Positions 37,173 through 53,801 of a stretch of DNA of 64,000 bases are shown piece after piece. Below the pieces are notes generated by a model. That model saw only the letters and a list, made by a program, of their open reading frames with translations, made no database searches and was not told where the DNA came from. Source of the DNA: Escherichia coli (GTDB lineage: Bacteria > Pseudomonadota > Gammaproteobacteria > Enterobacterales > Enterobacteriaceae); the NCBI RefSeq assembly GCF_003991155.1, contig NZ_CP031293.1. The stretch is one strand, 5' to 3'. Numbering within the stretch: the stretch's first letter is position 1; every line of letters begins with the position of its first letter. The position numbers and the translations under genes are program-made.

Positions 37173-37210
37173 CTCTGCCGCTTCCTTAGTTCTGCAAAAC
37201 GAAGTGGGGA

Positions 37211-37825
37211 TTATTCTTCAATCGCTAACAATTGCAATGAACCACGGCTAAAATCCGCCAGCTTTGCGGAAAATTCAGCCACTTTCGCCGCCGGAAGCGC
37301 CACCCGCAGCAGAACGAATGCCTGATAATCACTGTTGATAATTTTGCCGTCACACTGCCCCAGCAACGCTTCAATGCCGGTTAACTGACTATATTCACAT
37401 TGCAAAGTATATTCGGTTAATGGCGTCTTGCGTTGGGTCGTTAGCTGGCGCAGCGCCTGATTCACGCCGCCGCCATACGCTTTCACTAACCCACCGGTAC
37501 CAAGCAATATGCCGCCGTAGTAGCGCACCACCACAGCGGTAATTTCCCCGACGCCGCTGCCCATTAGTTGGGCGAGCATCGGTTTACCGGCCGTTCCCGC
37601 CGGTTCCCCGTCGTCAGAGAAACCGAGCTGTTGAGAATCATCCGGCGCACCCGCCACCCACGCCACGCAATGGTGGCGGGCATCGGGGTGTTCTGCCCGT
37701 ACCGATTCAACAAACGCTTTCGCCGCCTCAACGCCATCGGTATGCGCTAACATCGTTATGAAGCGGCTCTTTTTGATCTCTTCAACGACCGTGACCGGTG
37801 CCGCAGGAATTAACCAGCTTTCCAT
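37211..37825 (-). CDS. yigZ: IMPACT-family protein YigZ
   Basis: ORF 37211..37828; start codon overlaps the pepQ stop (TGATG). Confidence 0.88.
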   Translation of the reverse strand: MESWLIPAAPVTVVEEIKKSRFITMLAHTDGVEAAKAFVESVRAEHPDARHHCVAWVAGAPDDSQQLGFSDDGEPAGTAGKPMLAQLMGSGVGEITAVVVRYYGGILLGTGGLVKAYGGGVNQALRQLTTQRKTPLTEYTLQCEYSQLTGIEALLGQCDGKIINSDYQAFVLLRVALPAAKVAEFSAKLADFSRGSLQLLAIEE

Positions 37826-39156
37826 CACGCCAGTTTCAGATCCCGGGTCATGTTTTCCACGTTGTTTTCGTGGATCACCACGTTGTCTTCGATACGAATG
37901 CCGCCGAACGGTTTCAGTGCTTCAATTTTCTGCCAGTTGAAGTGTTTGCTGAACTGCCCGTCACGCCACGGTGCCAGCAGCGATTCGATGAAGTAGATAC
38001 CCGGTTCGATGGTTAACACCATGCCCGGCTGGAGAATACGGGTGCAGCGCAGGTACGGATATTTTGCCGGTGCCGCGAGGTGCGTACCGCTATCATCTTG
38101 CATAAAGCCAGCTACGTCATGCACCTGCAGGCCCAGCGGATGACCGATACCGTGCGGCATAAACGGTCCGGTGAGATCGTTTTCGACCATCGCTTCTTCA
38201 CTCATATCGGTGATGATTTGATGTTTACGCAGCAGTTTGGCGATGCGCTGATGGAACTGGATGTGATAATCCACATAGCTGACGCCTGCTTTCATGGTGG
38301 CGATCAGCGCCAGTTGTTCATCATTTACGTCTTTCACCAGCTGTGCGTAGTCGTTGTCGCTTTTTGCCGACCAGGTACGGGTCAGGTCAGCCGCATAGCC
38401 GTTATATTCGGCCCCGGCATCCAGCAGGAAGCTGCGCATCTCTTCCGGTGCCTGGTGGTCCAGTTTGGTGTAATGCAACACCGCAGCGTGTTCGTTAAGC
38501 GCCACAATGTTGCTGTAAGGTACGTCGGTATCACGATGACCGGTCGCGGTCAGATAGGCAATGTTGATATCGAACTCGCTCATGCCAGAACGGAACGCTT
38601 CTTCTGCCGCGCGATGACCGTTGACCGCCATTTTCTGCGCTTCGCGCATACAGGCCAGTTCGTACTCGGTTTTGAAGGAGCGGTAGTAATGCAGGTAGTC
38701 GATCACCCCTTTCGGGTTGATGTTGCTGGCCTCAATACCCAGTTGCAGCGCACGTTCCGGCACCGGACCGATATAACCGATATTGCCGCGCGCAGCAGGC
38801 AGCAGGCTACCAATGCCATCGGCTTTCAGCAGCGCGATCACTTCCACATCTTCAGTCCAGAAGGAGTTCGGCAGCGGTTCGACGTTGTGCCAGTAATCAA
38901 CCGGCAGATAAAACCACAGTTTCGGCTTGTTCACGCCATCCACCAGCAGCCAGCAGTTTGGCACCTGAGTTACCGGCACCCACGCTTTGAATTGCGGGTT
39001 CACTTTAAACGGATAGGGATGATCGTCGAGAAAAACGTTGAACAGTTCGCCGGAGTGAATAAGTAACGCATCCAGCTTGAAGCGCGCCAGCGCATCGCGA
39101 GTCCGTTCTTGTAAGGTAGCTATATGATTTTTATAGAGTGAGGCCAGTGATTCCAT
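37825..39156 (-). CDS. pepQ: Xaa-Pro dipeptidase (prolidase)
   Basis: 443-aa ORF; M24 metallopeptidase fold, HGIGH motif. Confidence 0.95.
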   Translation of the reverse strand: MESLASLYKNHIATLQERTRDALARFKLDALLIHSGELFNVFLDDHPYPFKVNPQFKAWVPVTQVPNCWLLVDGVNKPKLWFYLPVDYWHNVEPLPNSFWTEDVEVIALLKADGIGSLLPAARGNIGYIGPVPERALQLGIEASNINPKGVIDYLHYYRSFKTEYELACMREAQKMAVNGHRAAEEAFRSGMSEFDINIAYLTATGHRDTDVPYSNIVALNEHAAVLHYTKLDHQAPEEMRSFLLDAGAEYNGYAADLTRTWSAKSDNDYAQLVKDVNDEQLALIATMKAGVSYVDYHIQFHQRIAKLLRKHQIITDMSEEAMVENDLTGPFMPHGIGHPLGLQVHDVAGFMQDDSGTHLAAPAKYPYLRCTRILQPGMVLTIEPGIYFIESLLAPWRDGQFSKHFNWQKIEALKPFGGIRIEDNVVIHENNVENMTRDLKLA

Positions 39157-39303
39157 TTTTTACCCTTCTGTTTTTTTGACCTTAAGTCTCCGCATCTTAG
39201 CACATCGTTCATCCAGAGCGTGATTTCTGCCGAGCGTGATCAGATCGGCATTTCTTTAATCTTTTGTTTGCATATTTTTAACACAAAATACACACTTCGA
39301 TTC

Positions 39304-39320
39304 ATCTGGTACGACCAGAT
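39304..39320 (+). promoter_or_regulatory. FadR operator in the fadBA promoter
   Basis: ATCTGGTACGACCAGAT perfect palindrome about 25 bp upstream of the fadB ATG. Confidence 0.85.
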
Positions 39321-39345
39321 CACCTTGCGGATTCAGGAGACTGAC

Positions 39346-41535
39346 ATGCTTTACAAAGGCGACACCCTGTACCTTGACTGGCTGGAAGATGGCATTGCCG
39401 AACTGGTATTTGATGCCCCAGGTTCAGTTAATAAACTTGACACTGCCACCGTCGCCAGCCTCGGCGAGGCCATCGGCGTGCTGGAACAGCAATCAGATCT
39501 AAAAGGGCTGCTGCTGCGTTCGAACAAAGCAGCCTTTATCGTCGGTGCTGATATCACCGAATTTTTGTCCCTGTTCCTCGTTCCTGAAGAACAGTTAAGT
39601 CAGTGGCTACACTTTGCCAATAGCGTGTTTAATCGCCTGGAGGATCTGCCGGTGCCGACCATTGCTGCTGTCAACGGCTATGCGCTGGGCGGTGGCTGCG
39701 AATGCGTGCTGGCGACCGATTATCGTCTGGCGACGCCGGATCTGCGCATCGGTCTGCCGGAAACTAAACTGGGCATCATGCCGGGCTTTGGCGGTTCTGT
39801 ACGTATGCCACGTATGCTGGGCGCTGACAGTGCGCTGGAAATCATTGCCGCCGGTAAAGATGTCGGCGCGGATCAGGCGCTGAAAATCGGTCTGGTGGAT
39901 GGTGTAGTCAAAGCAGAAAAACTGATTGAAGGGGCGATGGCGATTTTACGCCAGGCCATTAACGGCGACCTCGACTGGAAAGCGAAACGTCAGCCGAAGC
40001 TGGAACCGCTAAAACTGAGCAAGATTGAAGCCACCATGAGCTTCACCATCGCTAAAGGGATGGTCGCACAAACGGCGGGGAAACATTATCCGGCCCCCAT
40101 CACCGCAGTAAAAACCATTGAAGCTGCGGCCCGTTTTGGTCGTGAAGAAGCCCTAAACCTGGAAAACAAAAGTTTTGTCCCGCTGGCGCATACCAACGAA
40201 GCTCGCGCACTGGTCGGCATTTTCCTTAACGATCAATATGTAAAAGGCAAAGCGAAGAAACTCACCAAAGACGTTGAAACCCCGAAACAGGCCGCTGTGC
40301 TGGGCGCAGGCATTATGGGTGGCGGCATCGCTTACCAGTCTGCGTGGAAAGGCGTACCGGTTGTCATGAAAGATATCAACGACAAGTCGTTAACCCTCGG
40401 CATGACCGAAGCCGCGAAACTGCTGAACAAGCAGCTTGAGCGCGGCAAGATCGATGGTCTGAAACTGGCTGGCGTGATCTCCACGATCCACCCAACGCTC
40501 GATTACTCTGGTTTTGACCGCGTGGATGTTGTGGTAGAAGCGGTTGTCGAAAACCCGAAAGTGAAAAAAGCCGTGCTGGCAGAAACCGAGCAGAAAGTAC
40601 GCCCGGATACCGTACTGGCGTCTAACACTTCAACCATTCCTATCAGCGAACTGGCCAACGCGCTGGAACGTCCGGAAAACTTCTGCGGGATGCACTTCTT
40701 TAACCCGGTCCACCGAATGCCGTTGGTGGAAATTATTCGCGGCGAGAAAAGCTCCGACGAAACCATCGCGAAAGTTGTCGCCTGGGCGAGCAAGATGGGC
40801 AAGACGCCGATTGTGGTTAACGACTGCCCCGGCTTCTTTGTTAACCGCGTGCTGTTCCCCTATTTCGCCGGTTTCAGCCAGCTGCTGCGCGACGGCGCGG
40901 ATTTCCGCAAGATCGACAAAGTGATGGAAAAACAGTTTGGCTGGCCTATGGGTCCGGCATATCTGCTGGACGTTGTGGGCATTGACACCGCGCATCATGC
41001 CCAGGCTGTCATGGCAGCAGGCTTCCCGCAGCGAATGCAGAAAGATTATCGCGATGCCATCGACGCGCTGTTTGATGCCAACCGCTTTGGTCAGAAGAAC
41101 GGCCTCGGTTTCTGGCGTTATAAAGAAGACAGCAAAGGTAAGCCGAAGAAAGAAGAAGACGCCGTCGTTGACGACCTGCTGGCAGAAGTGAGCCAGCCGA
41201 AGCGCGATTTCAGCGAAGAAGAGATTATCGCCCGCATGATGATCCCGATGGTCAACGAAGTGGTGCGCTGTCTGGAAGAAGGCATTATCGCCACTCCGGC
41301 AGAAGCGGATATGGCGCTGGTCTATGGCCTGGGCTTCCCTCCATTCCACGGCGGCGCGTTCCGCTGGCTGGACACCCTCGGTAGCGCAAAATACCTCGAT
41401 ATGGCACAACAATATCAGCACCTCGGCCCGCTGTATGAAGTGCCGGAAGGTCTGCGTAATAAAGCGCGTCATAACGAACCGTACTATCCCCCGGTTGAGC
41501 CAGCCCGTCCGGTTGGCGACCTGAAAACGGCTTAA
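39346..41535 (+). CDS. fadB: Fatty acid oxidation complex alpha subunit (enoyl-CoA hydratase / 3-hydroxyacyl-CoA dehydrogenase)
   Basis: ORF 39220..41535; start at [12 protein letters not shown] (39346) gives 729 aa. Confidence 0.95.
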   Translation: MLYKGDTLYLDWLEDGIAELVFDAPGSVNKLDTATVASLGEAIGVLEQQSDLKGLLLRSNKAAFIVGADITEFLSLFLVPEEQLSQWLHFANSVFNRLEDLPVPTIAAVNGYALGGGCECVLATDYRLATPDLRIGLPETKLGIMPGFGGSVRMPRMLGADSALEIIAAGKDVGADQALKIGLVDGVVKAEKLIEGAMAILRQAINGDLDWKAKRQPKLEPLKLSKIEATMSFTIAKGMVAQTAGKHYPAPITAVKTIEAAARFGREEALNLENKSFVPLAHTNEARALVGIFLNDQYVKGKAKKLTKDVETPKQAAVLGAGIMGGGIAYQSAWKGVPVVMKDINDKSLTLGMTEAAKLLNKQLERGKIDGLKLAGVISTIHPTLDYSGFDRVDVVVEAVVENPKVKKAVLAETEQKVRPDTVLASNTSTIPISELANALERPENFCGMHFFNPVHRMPLVEIIRGEKSSDETIAKVVAWASKMGKTPIVVNDCPGFFVNRVLFPYFAGFSQLLRDGADFRKIDKVMEKQFGWPMGPAYLLDVVGIDTAHHAQAVMAAGFPQRMQKDYRDAIDALFDANRFGQKNGLGFWRYKEDSKGKPKKEEDAVVDDLLAEVSQPKRDFSEEEIIARMMIPMVNEVVRCLEEGIIATPAEADMALVYGLGFPPFHGGAFRWLDTLGSAKYLDMAQQYQHLGPLYEVPEGLRNKARHNEPYYPPVEPARPVGDLKTA

Positions 41536-42708
<1,173 letters not shown>

Positions 42709-42711
42709 CCA

Positions 42712-42840
42712 CTTGCCGGATGCGGCGTGAACGCCTTATCCGGTCTACCGATCCTGCACCCATGTGGGTCTGATAAGAAGCGCCAGCGTCGCATCAGGCA
42801 TCGTGCACCGATTGCCGGATGCGACATAGATCTAAATGCC
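42712..42840. repeat. REP/BIME cluster (about three REP units)
   Basis: gccggatgcggcgtgaacgccttatccggtctac..., ctgataagaagcgccagcgtcgcatcaggc, gccggatgcgac. Confidence 0.75.
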
Positions 42841-42868
42841 ACTGTATAAAGTTTTAGTTGCCGTTCTT

Positions 42869-42893
42869 CCCGCCTGTCAGGGGCGGGTTTTTT
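42869..42893 (+). terminator. Rho-independent terminator (fadBA)
   Basis: cccgcctgtcaggggcggg followed by TTTTTTAT on plus strand. Confidence 0.7.
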
Positions 42894-42898
42894 ATATC

Positions 42899-43600
42899 TC
42901 AGATAAATGCAAACGCATCGCCAAACAGGCGATCTTCCCGCGCATTACGCTCGCTGCAAAACAGGTCACGGGCAATTTTCGCCATCTCAAAACGTCCGGC
43001 AATATAGATATCATGCTCTGCCAGCGTACCATGATCCTGCAATACCGCCGTTAACACGGTGCCAGTACGCCCACGCCAGCCCGCTTCCGGTTGTTCAACC
43101 ACCGGCACCACTTGTAGACCAGGATGCTTCAACGAAAGCGCCTCAAGCTCGCAGAGATCATACAGATGCTGCTCTTCACGCCCACCCCAGTAAATGGTGA
43201 TATCACGGTTTGGGTTACGCGCCAACGCTGTCAGCAAAATCGAGCGGGCATAAGAGAACCCGGTGCCGCCCGCAATCAAAATCATCGGACGCTCTTCATC
43301 ATCGCGCAGCCATGCCTCACCGTGCGGAATATCGACCACGATTTGATGATCTTTAAGAATGCGGTCCATGACTGCTTTCGCGTAAAGGTTGATTTCAGAA
43401 GCGCCAATATGCAGCTCGATGAAACCTTTTTCATCCGGCGTCGAAGCCATTGAGAACGGACGTTTGTCACGCTCATCCATCACTACCATCAAATACTGAC
43501 CAGCACGAAAAGAAAAGGCCGCGTCTGGTACGATTCGGACACGGTATACGGTATCCGTGATAGCTTCTACCGAGGTCACTTTACAGCTTAAGGTTGTCAT
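42899..43600 (-). CDS. fre: NAD(P)H-flavin reductase
   Basis: ORF 42899..43633; start at [15 protein letters not shown] gives 233 aa. Confidence 0.93.
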
Positions 43601-43645
43601 GCGCTTTCTCTGTCGGATCGATAAATAGGGCAAAACAAACGCGCA

Positions 43646-45139
43646 TCAGGCGCTTTTACCGTTGTTAAAAATAGCCAGTTCATCCCAAATGGCGTCAATA
43701 TGCGCGACAACATCTGGATCTTTTTTGATGGGACGTCCCCATTCACGCTGGGTTTCCCCCGGCCATTTATTCGTGGCATCCAGCCCCATTTTTGAACCCA
43801 GCCCGGAGACAGGCGAGGCAAAATCCAGATAATCAATAGGCGTATTTTCGACCAACACCGTGTCCCGCGCCGGGTCCATACGGGTGGTAATCGCCCAAAT
43901 CACATCGTTCCAGTCGCGTGCGTTGACGTCATCATCGCAAACGATCACAAATTTAGTGTACATAAACTGGCGTAAGAACGACCAGACGCCCATCATGACG
44001 CGCTTCGCGTGTCCGGCGTACTGTTTTTTGATCGTCACTACCGCCAGACGATAAGAACAGCCTTCAGGCGGCAGGTAAAAATCGACAATTTCCGGGAACT
44101 GTTTTTGCAGAATCGGCACAAACACTTCGTTCAACGCCACGCCCAGCACCGCAGGTTCATCCGGCGGACGCCCGGTATAGGTGGAATGATAAATCGCATC
44201 TTCACGCTGGGTAATATGCGTCACGGTAAATACCGGGAAACTATCGACTTCGTTATAGTAACCGGTGTGGTCGCCATACGGCCCTTCCGGCGCAGTTTCG
44301 CCTTGTTCGATATACCCTTCCAGCACAATCTCCGCACTGGCGGGCACTTCCAGGTCATTGGAGATACACTTCACCACTTCGGTCTTGGTGCCGCGCAGCA
44401 ATCCGGCAAACGCATACTCTGAAAGCGTATCCGGAACGGGGGTGACTGCGCCGAGAATCGTGGCGGGATCGGCACCCAGCGCCACAGAAACCGGGAAACG
44501 TTCGCCCGGATGCGCCGCACACCACTCCTGATAATCCAGCGCGCCACCGCGATGCGACAGCCAGCGCATAATCAGTTTGTTTTTACCAATCAGCTGCTGG
44601 CGATAAATGCCCAGATTCTGCCGCTCTTTATGCGGACCGCGCGTTACGGTCAGCCCCCAGGTAATCAGCGGCGCGGCATCTTCCGGCCAACAGGTCATAA
44701 TGGGAATGCGATTGAGATCGACGTCATCGCCAGAGACGATTTTTTGTTGGCAGGGCGCACCACGCAGTCGCTTTGTCGGCATGTTCAATACTTGCTTAAA
44801 CTGCGGCAGTTTATCAAACAGGTCGCGGAAACCTTTTGGCGGCTCCGGCTCTTTCAGAAACGCCAATAATTTACCAACTTCACGCAGCGCCGAAACATCT
44901 TCCTGCCCCATACCCATCGCCACGCGCTTTGGCGTACCGAACAGGTTGCACAGCACCGGCATTGAGTAGCCTTTAGGGTTTTCGAACAACAGCGCAGGCC
45001 CACCGGCACGCAAAGTACGGTCAGCAATTTCAGTGATTTCCAGATGCGGATCCACCGGGAGCGTGATACGTTTAAGCTCACCCTGCTGCTCAAGCAGCGT
45101 CAAGAAGTCGCGTAAATCGTTATATTTCATGGCGTCCAT
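43646..45139 (-). CDS. ubiD: 3-octaprenyl-4-hydroxybenzoate decarboxylase
   Basis: 497-aa ORF; UbiD family. Confidence 0.95.
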   Translation of the reverse strand: MDAMKYNDLRDFLTLLEQQGELKRITLPVDPHLEITEIADRTLRAGGPALLFENPKGYSMPVLCNLFGTPKRVAMGMGQEDVSALREVGKLLAFLKEPEPPKGFRDLFDKLPQFKQVLNMPTKRLRGAPCQQKIVSGDDVDLNRIPIMTCWPEDAAPLITWGLTVTRGPHKERQNLGIYRQQLIGKNKLIMRWLSHRGGALDYQEWCAAHPGERFPVSVALGADPATILGAVTPVPDTLSEYAFAGLLRGTKTEVVKCISNDLEVPASAEIVLEGYIEQGETAPEGPYGDHTGYYNEVDSFPVFTVTHITQREDAIYHSTYTGRPPDEPAVLGVALNEVFVPILQKQFPEIVDFYLPPEGCSYRLAVVTIKKQYAGHAKRVMMGVWSFLRQFMYTKFVIVCDDDVNARDWNDVIWAITTRMDPARDTVLVENTPIDYLDFASPVSGLGSKMGLDATNKWPGETQREWGRPIKKDPDVVAHIDAIWDELAIFNNGKSA

Positions 45140-45260
45140 TGTAGCCTCTTAATCTGCGCCCATTATACGGCGTTCATCTTTGCGATGCTGTAAATTTGTT
45201 AAATTAGCGTGAACTCTGACGGTATAACGCAAACCGGGGAATATAATTAACTTAGCGTAA

Positions 45261-46573
<1,313 letters not shown>

Positions 46574-46614
46574 CCTGTACTCCATATGACAACCGCCCTG
46601 ACGGGCGGTTGAAT

Positions 46615-47391
46615 TTATTCTTCAGTTTTTTCGCTTTCTGCTTCAGCGTCGTTTTCCTCTTCCCGGTTTCGACCCTTACCAACGTAAAAGCGAGAGAAGA
46701 AGACACCGATTTCAAACAGGCAGTACATCGGGATCGCCAGCAGCGTTTGCGAGAAGACATCCGGCGGCGTCAGCAACATCCCGACAACGAATGCACCAAC
46801 CAGCACATACGGGCGTTTTTTGCGTAAGTCTTCTGGCGAGGTAATCCCCATCCAGCACAGCAGCACAATTGCCACAGGCACTTCAAAGGAGACACCAAAC
46901 GCCATAAACAGCGCCATAACGAAGCTTAAATAGCTGGCGATGTCGGTGGATACCTGTACCCCTTCCGGCGCGGTATTGGCAAGGAAGCCAAATGCCAGCG
47001 GAAAGACCACAAAGTAGGCGAACGCCATGCCGATATAAAACAACAGAGAGCTGGAAACCAGCAGCGGCACCACCAGGCGACGTTCATGCTTATACAGCGC
47101 TGGGGCGATAAACGCCCACACCTGATAGAGAATCACCGGCGCTGACAGAATCAGCGACACCATAAAGGTCAGCTTGATCGGCGTAAAGAACGGCGAGGCC
47201 ACGTCGGTGGCGATCATCGTTGAACCTTGCGGCAACTGCTTGATCAATGGCGCGGATACCAGGTGATAGATGTCATTGGCGAAATAGACCAGACACAGGA
47301 ATATCACGATCACCGCGATAATGCAGTTCAGCAGACGCTTACGCAGCTCAATCAGATGCGTGATAAGCGGTTGAGTATCTTCTACAGACAT
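46615..47391 (-). CDS. tatC: Twin-arginine translocase subunit TatC
   Basis: 258-aa six-TM ORF. Confidence 0.96.
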
Positions 47392-47393
47392 GT

Positions 47394-47909
47394 TTACGGT
47401 TTATCACTCGACGAAGGGGAAGGTGCAGCGGTTTTCGGTTCAGCGTCCGCAGCAGGTTTTACCACCGGCTCTGGCGTGGTTTCTGGCTTCTGTTCCGGCG
47501 AACTGGCCTGCGTTTGTGCAGCGGCAGGCGTTACGCCTTCATGCGCAGCTTCATTGTCTTTCACCACCGGGTTATGGATGGTGTGCGCTTCATCGCTCGC
47601 CTTTTCAGGATCGTTTGCAACGTAGGAACGCTTCATCGACTCCGCGGCCTGGCGTAATTCATCCATCGACGCTTTCAGTTCGGGTGTCAGGTTAGTGAGG
47701 CTCGCCTTTTCAACCTTTTTCAGACTGTCCTGAAACTCCTGGAGTTTTAACTCCTGGGTCAGTTCGTTCTGCACCGTTGTCGCCAGTGAACGCAACGCGC
47801 GAATCCAGCCCGCGACCGTTTTTACCGCCACAGGCAGTCGTTGCGGCCCCAGAACGACGAGGCCGATGATGAATACCAATAGCAGTTCGCTAAAACCGAT
47901 ATCAAACAC
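47394..47909 (-). CDS. tatB: Twin-arginine translocase subunit TatB
   Basis: 171-aa [16 protein letters not shown]-terminal TM helix plus amphipathic helix. Confidence 0.96.
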
Positions 47910-47912
47910 GGA

Positions 47913-48182
47913 TTACACCTGCTCTTTATCGTGGCGCTTCGCGTCTTCTGTTTTAGCCTGTTCCTGATTCGTATCCGCCTGCTTATCGGCGATAGTTTTC
48001 GCAGTAAAATCAGCATCCTGACTGGTTTTATCCTGCTTTGGTTCATCATCGCTCATTGCTTTTTTAAAGCCTTTGATCGACGCACCAAGATCGGAACCGA
48101 TGGAGCCGAGCTTTTTGGTGCCAAAAAGCAGTACAACGATGACGGCAATAATCAATAACTGCCAAATACTGATACCACCCAT
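47913..48182 (-). CDS. tatA: Twin-arginine translocase subunit TatA
   Basis: ORF 47913..48224; start at [12 protein letters not shown] gives 89 aa. Confidence 0.95.
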   Translation of the reverse strand: MGGISIWQLLIIAVIVVLLFGTKKLGSIGSDLGASIKGFKKAMSDDEPKQDKTSQDADFTAKTIADKQADTNQEQAKTEDAKRHDKEQV

Positions 48183-48260
48183 ACATGTTCCTCTGTGGTA
48201 GATGATGATTAAACAAGGCCGCATTATACGTTACACAGCCCGCCTTGAGCGATGAAAAAA

Positions 48261-50503
<2,243 letters not shown>

Positions 50504-50516
50504 TTCCGGTCTCCTG

Positions 50517-51272
50517 TCAGAACTTATAACCACGATGCAACGCCACAACCCCTGCCGTCAGATTGTAGTAGTCGACACTTTCGAATCCGGCATCCTGCAT
50601 CATGGCTTTCAGGGTATCCTGATCGGGATGCATACGGATGGATTCTGCCAGATAACGGTAGCTGTCGGCGTCGTTCGCGACCAGTGAGCCAATACGCGGC
50701 AGCACATGGAAGGAGTATGCATCATAGGCTTTGCTCAGCGGCTCGATAATTGGCTTCGAGAACTCAAGCACCAGCAGGCGGCCGCCGGGTTTCAGCACGC
50801 GATACATTGAACGCAGTGCTTTATCTTTGTCGGTGACGTTACGCAGACCAAACGAAATGGTGATGCAATCAAAGGTGTTATCCGGGAACGGCAGCGCCTC
50901 AGCGTTCGCTTGAACATACTCAACGTTGCCAATCACACCGATATTACGCAGCTTCTCGCGGCCCATTTTGAGCATGGATTCATTGATATCAGCAAGGACC
51001 ACTTTGCCAGTTTCTCCGACCAGGCGAGAGAATTTCGCTGTCAGGTCGCCGGTGCCACCAGCCAGATCCAGCACGGTCTGCCCACGGCGTACGCCGCTGC
51101 AATCAATCGTGAATCGCTTCCACAAACGATGAATACCGAATGACATCAAATCATTCATGACATCGTATTTTGATGCCACGGAATGGAAAACGTGGGCGAC
51201 CATATCCGCTTTTTGTTCCTTCGCGACGGTCTGAAAACCAAAGTGCGTCGTTTCTTGTGACTTATCCACCAT
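50517..51272 (-). CDS. ubiE: Ubiquinone/menaquinone C-methyltransferase
   Basis: 251-aa ORF; SAM-binding motif LDLAGGTGD. Confidence 0.96.
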
Positions 51273-51366
51273 CTCAATGCCTGCTCATCAAAAAATTGTT
51301 CCAGAAGTGTAACAGATTGGGCGTCGATGCCCTAGATTTCTACCCGGCTTAACTACCCCCAATGGG

Positions 51367-52794
51367 CTAGCGCGACTGCTGATTATATTCATCATCGCGT
51401 TGATAAGCTTCATCATTCGGCTGCTCCGGAACCGACCGCAGTCGATACTCTTCATCCTGGCTCACCGCTTGTTCAGCCAAATCCGGATTAATCTCGCGTT
51501 TAATTTCTACCCCTAAACCGCGAAACGCTTCTGCCTGCGCCAGCACATTTCCGCGACCTGAAGAGAGTTTTTTCATTGCCTGGCGGTAGTTATCCTGCGC
51601 TTTGTCGAGACTTTGACCAATCGCTGACATGTCATCGACGAACAAACGCATCTTGTCGTACAGCTTGCTGGCACGATCGGCGATTTGCTGGGCGTTGCGG
51701 CTTTGATGCTCATAACGCCACAGGTTGGCGATAGTGCGCAGCGCCACCAGCAGCGTAGTCGGGCTAACCAGCATGATATTGTTTTTCAACGCTTCGGTGA
51801 TCAGCTCCGGCTGGCGGTCAAGCGCCAGTAAAAAAGCGGGTTCAACGGGAATAAACATCAGAACGTAATCCAGGGTTCGCAGCCCCGGCAGCTGTTGATA
51901 ATCTTTGCGTCCCAGCAAACGGATATGGTTACGCACCGACGCGATATGTTCCTGTAGCGCGCTTTCGCGGGTGTAGTCATCTTCGGCGTTGAAATAGCGT
52001 TCATAGGCGACCAGCGTCATTTTGGCGTCGATCACCACATCTTTTCCCTGCGGCAACCGCACGATGACATCCGGCTGCATCCGCGAGCGGGCGTCATTTT
52101 CGATGCTGACCTGGGTTTCATATTCATACCCTTCACGCAGACCGGAAGCCTCCAGCACCCGCGTCAATACTACCTCGCCCCAGTTGCCCTGGGTTTTATT
52201 GTCGCCTTTCAGCGCACGCGTCAGGTTGATCGCTTCCTGGGCCATCTGGGCGTTGAGTTGCTGGAGGTTGCGGATTTCGTGAGTCAGGGTATGACGTTCC
52301 TGGGCTTCTTTACCAAAGCTGTCCTGGACCTGACGGCGGAAACCGTCCAGTTGTTCACGCAACGGCGACAACAGGCTGTTCAGGCTCTGACGGTTTTGCT
52401 CATCAACCCGGCGATTGCTGTGCTCAAAAATACGGTTGGCGAGGTTTTCAAACTGCTCACTGAGGCGCTGCTCGCTGTTAATCATCTGGCGAATTTTATC
52501 GTCAGCATGTTGCTGTGCAGCTTCCATCCGCGTGGTCACTTCACGCAGATCGGCCTCCAGCGAGGTGTTAATACTTTGCAGGCTGCGCACTTCGTTATTG
52601 AGTAACTCGCACTCAGCGCGCCAGTGCTCGCTTTGGGTAATTTGTTGTTTTGCCGCGCTTAACTCCGCGACCATCTCTTCACGTTCAGCTAATTGCTCGG
52701 CTTTTTGCTGCGCATGTTGATAACTGGCAAACAGCCAGCCAATTGCCACACCCACCAACGCAATAACTGCGTAAACCATGATTGAGAAATCCAC
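51367..52794 (-). CDS. rmuC: DNA recombination protein RmuC
   Basis: 475-aa ORF, N-terminal TM segment and long coiled-coil. Confidence 0.93.
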   Translation of the reverse strand: MDFSIMVYAVIALVGVAIGWLFASYQHAQQKAEQLAEREEMVAELSAAKQQITQSEHWRAECELLNNEVRSLQSINTSLEADLREVTTRMEAAQQHADDKIRQMINSEQRLSEQFENLANRIFEHSNRRVDEQNRQSLNSLLSPLREQLDGFRRQVQDSFGKEAQERHTLTHEIRNLQQLNAQMAQEAINLTRALKGDNKTQGNWGEVVLTRVLEASGLREGYEYETQVSIENDARSRMQPDVIVRLPQGKDVVIDAKMTLVAYERYFNAEDDYTRESALQEHIASVRNHIRLLGRKDYQQLPGLRTLDYVLMFIPVEPAFLLALDRQPELITEALKNNIMLVSPTTLLVALRTIANLWRYEHQSRNAQQIADRASKLYDKMRLFVDDMSAIGQSLDKAQDNYRQAMKKLSSGRGNVLAQAEAFRGLGVEIKREINPDLAEQAVSQDEEYRLRSVPEQPNDEAYQRDDEYNQQSR

Positions 52795-52913
52795 AACGCC
52801 TCCTGACGCAACAACTTACCCGCACAAAATAGAATTGTGCTGTACAAACGTCCAGTTTGAAAGAAGTTTCCTGCGAGGCGCTACGCAAAACGATCGTTAA
52901 TTTTCATTATTTT

Positions 52914-52949
52914 ATCCCACAATATGAGATGGAGTTTATATTGTGGGAT
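52914..52949 (+). promoter_or_regulatory. Perfect 12-bp inverted repeat, candidate IclR-type operator
   Basis: ATCCCACAATAT-(12 nt)-ATATTGTGGGAT, 62 bp upstream of the IclR-family gene start. Confidence 0.5.
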
Positions 52950-53010
52950 ATATCACCTTTTCCCCACGTCATTATGTGGAACACTTCAGCAATATCATCA
53001 GGAGAAACGT

Positions 53011-53778
53011 ATGGCAGAAACCTCTTCAACCACCGCAGGCGCACAAACGTTATTACGTGGACTGGCGGTTCTTAATGCTGTTTATAACGGCTGCCATGAC
53101 CTAAAAAGTATCGGCGAGTTCACCGGCACGACCCGGAGCACAACCCATCGTTTAGTCACCGTTCTGGTGGAACAACGCTACCTGCGCCATGTCCCAACGC
53201 AGGGCTACCAACTGGGTGCCAAACTGATCGAATTCGGTGCCAGAGCACTGGAAAGCACCTCGCTGTACGAAATTGCCCAGCCCGTTTTGCAACGCCTTGC
53301 CCGTTACACCCTGGACACCGTGCATCTGGGGATCGTTGAAGGCGACGAAGTGCTGTATCTGGAGAAGATCAACAGTCAGCGCGGGCTGGAAATGCGCTCA
53401 CGCCCAGGCCATCGCATGCCACTGGCAATCACCGGCATCGGCAAGGCATTGATCCTCAACCGAACAGAAGAAGAGTGGCGCACGCTGTTTAAGACCTGTG
53501 GTGATGAAACAAAACTGGGCGCATTTATTCAGAACATGCGTCGTTATGCCGCCAGTGGTTTTGCTTTTGATCTGGAAGAGAACGAGCCGACTATCCGTTG
53601 CGTTGCAGCGCCGGTTTACAACGCCCGGGATGAAATTGTGGCGGCTATTTCTGTCGCCAGTACCACCACGTATATGTCGCTGGCGCGTCTGGAAGAACTG
53701 GCACCTTACGTCAAATCCTGTGCAGAAGAGATATCCGCTGAACTGGGCTGGGGTAAGCACGTCCGCAAAGATAAATAA
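53011..53778 (+). CDS. IclR-family transcriptional regulator
   Basis: ORF 52924..53778; ATG at 53011 preceded by AGGAG; N-terminal wHTH (LRGLAVLNAV...) and C-terminal effector domain typical of IclR. Confidence 0.8.
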   Translation: MAETSSTTAGAQTLLRGLAVLNAVYNGCHDLKSIGEFTGTTRSTTHRLVTVLVEQRYLRHVPTQGYQLGAKLIEFGARALESTSLYEIAQPVLQRLARYTLDTVHLGIVEGDEVLYLEKINSQRGLEMRSRPGHRMPLAITGIGKALILNRTEEEWRTLFKTCGDETKLGAFIQNMRRYAASGFAFDLEENEPTIRCVAAPVYNARDEIVAAISVASTTTYMSLARLEELAPYVKSCAEEISAELGWGKHVRKDK

Positions 53779-53801
53779 ACCATGATTAAAGGAAACGACT
53801 A

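Noticed and set aside
38080-39066. 328-aa ORF antisense to pepQ
   Set aside because: Shadow ORF; pepQ identity is clear
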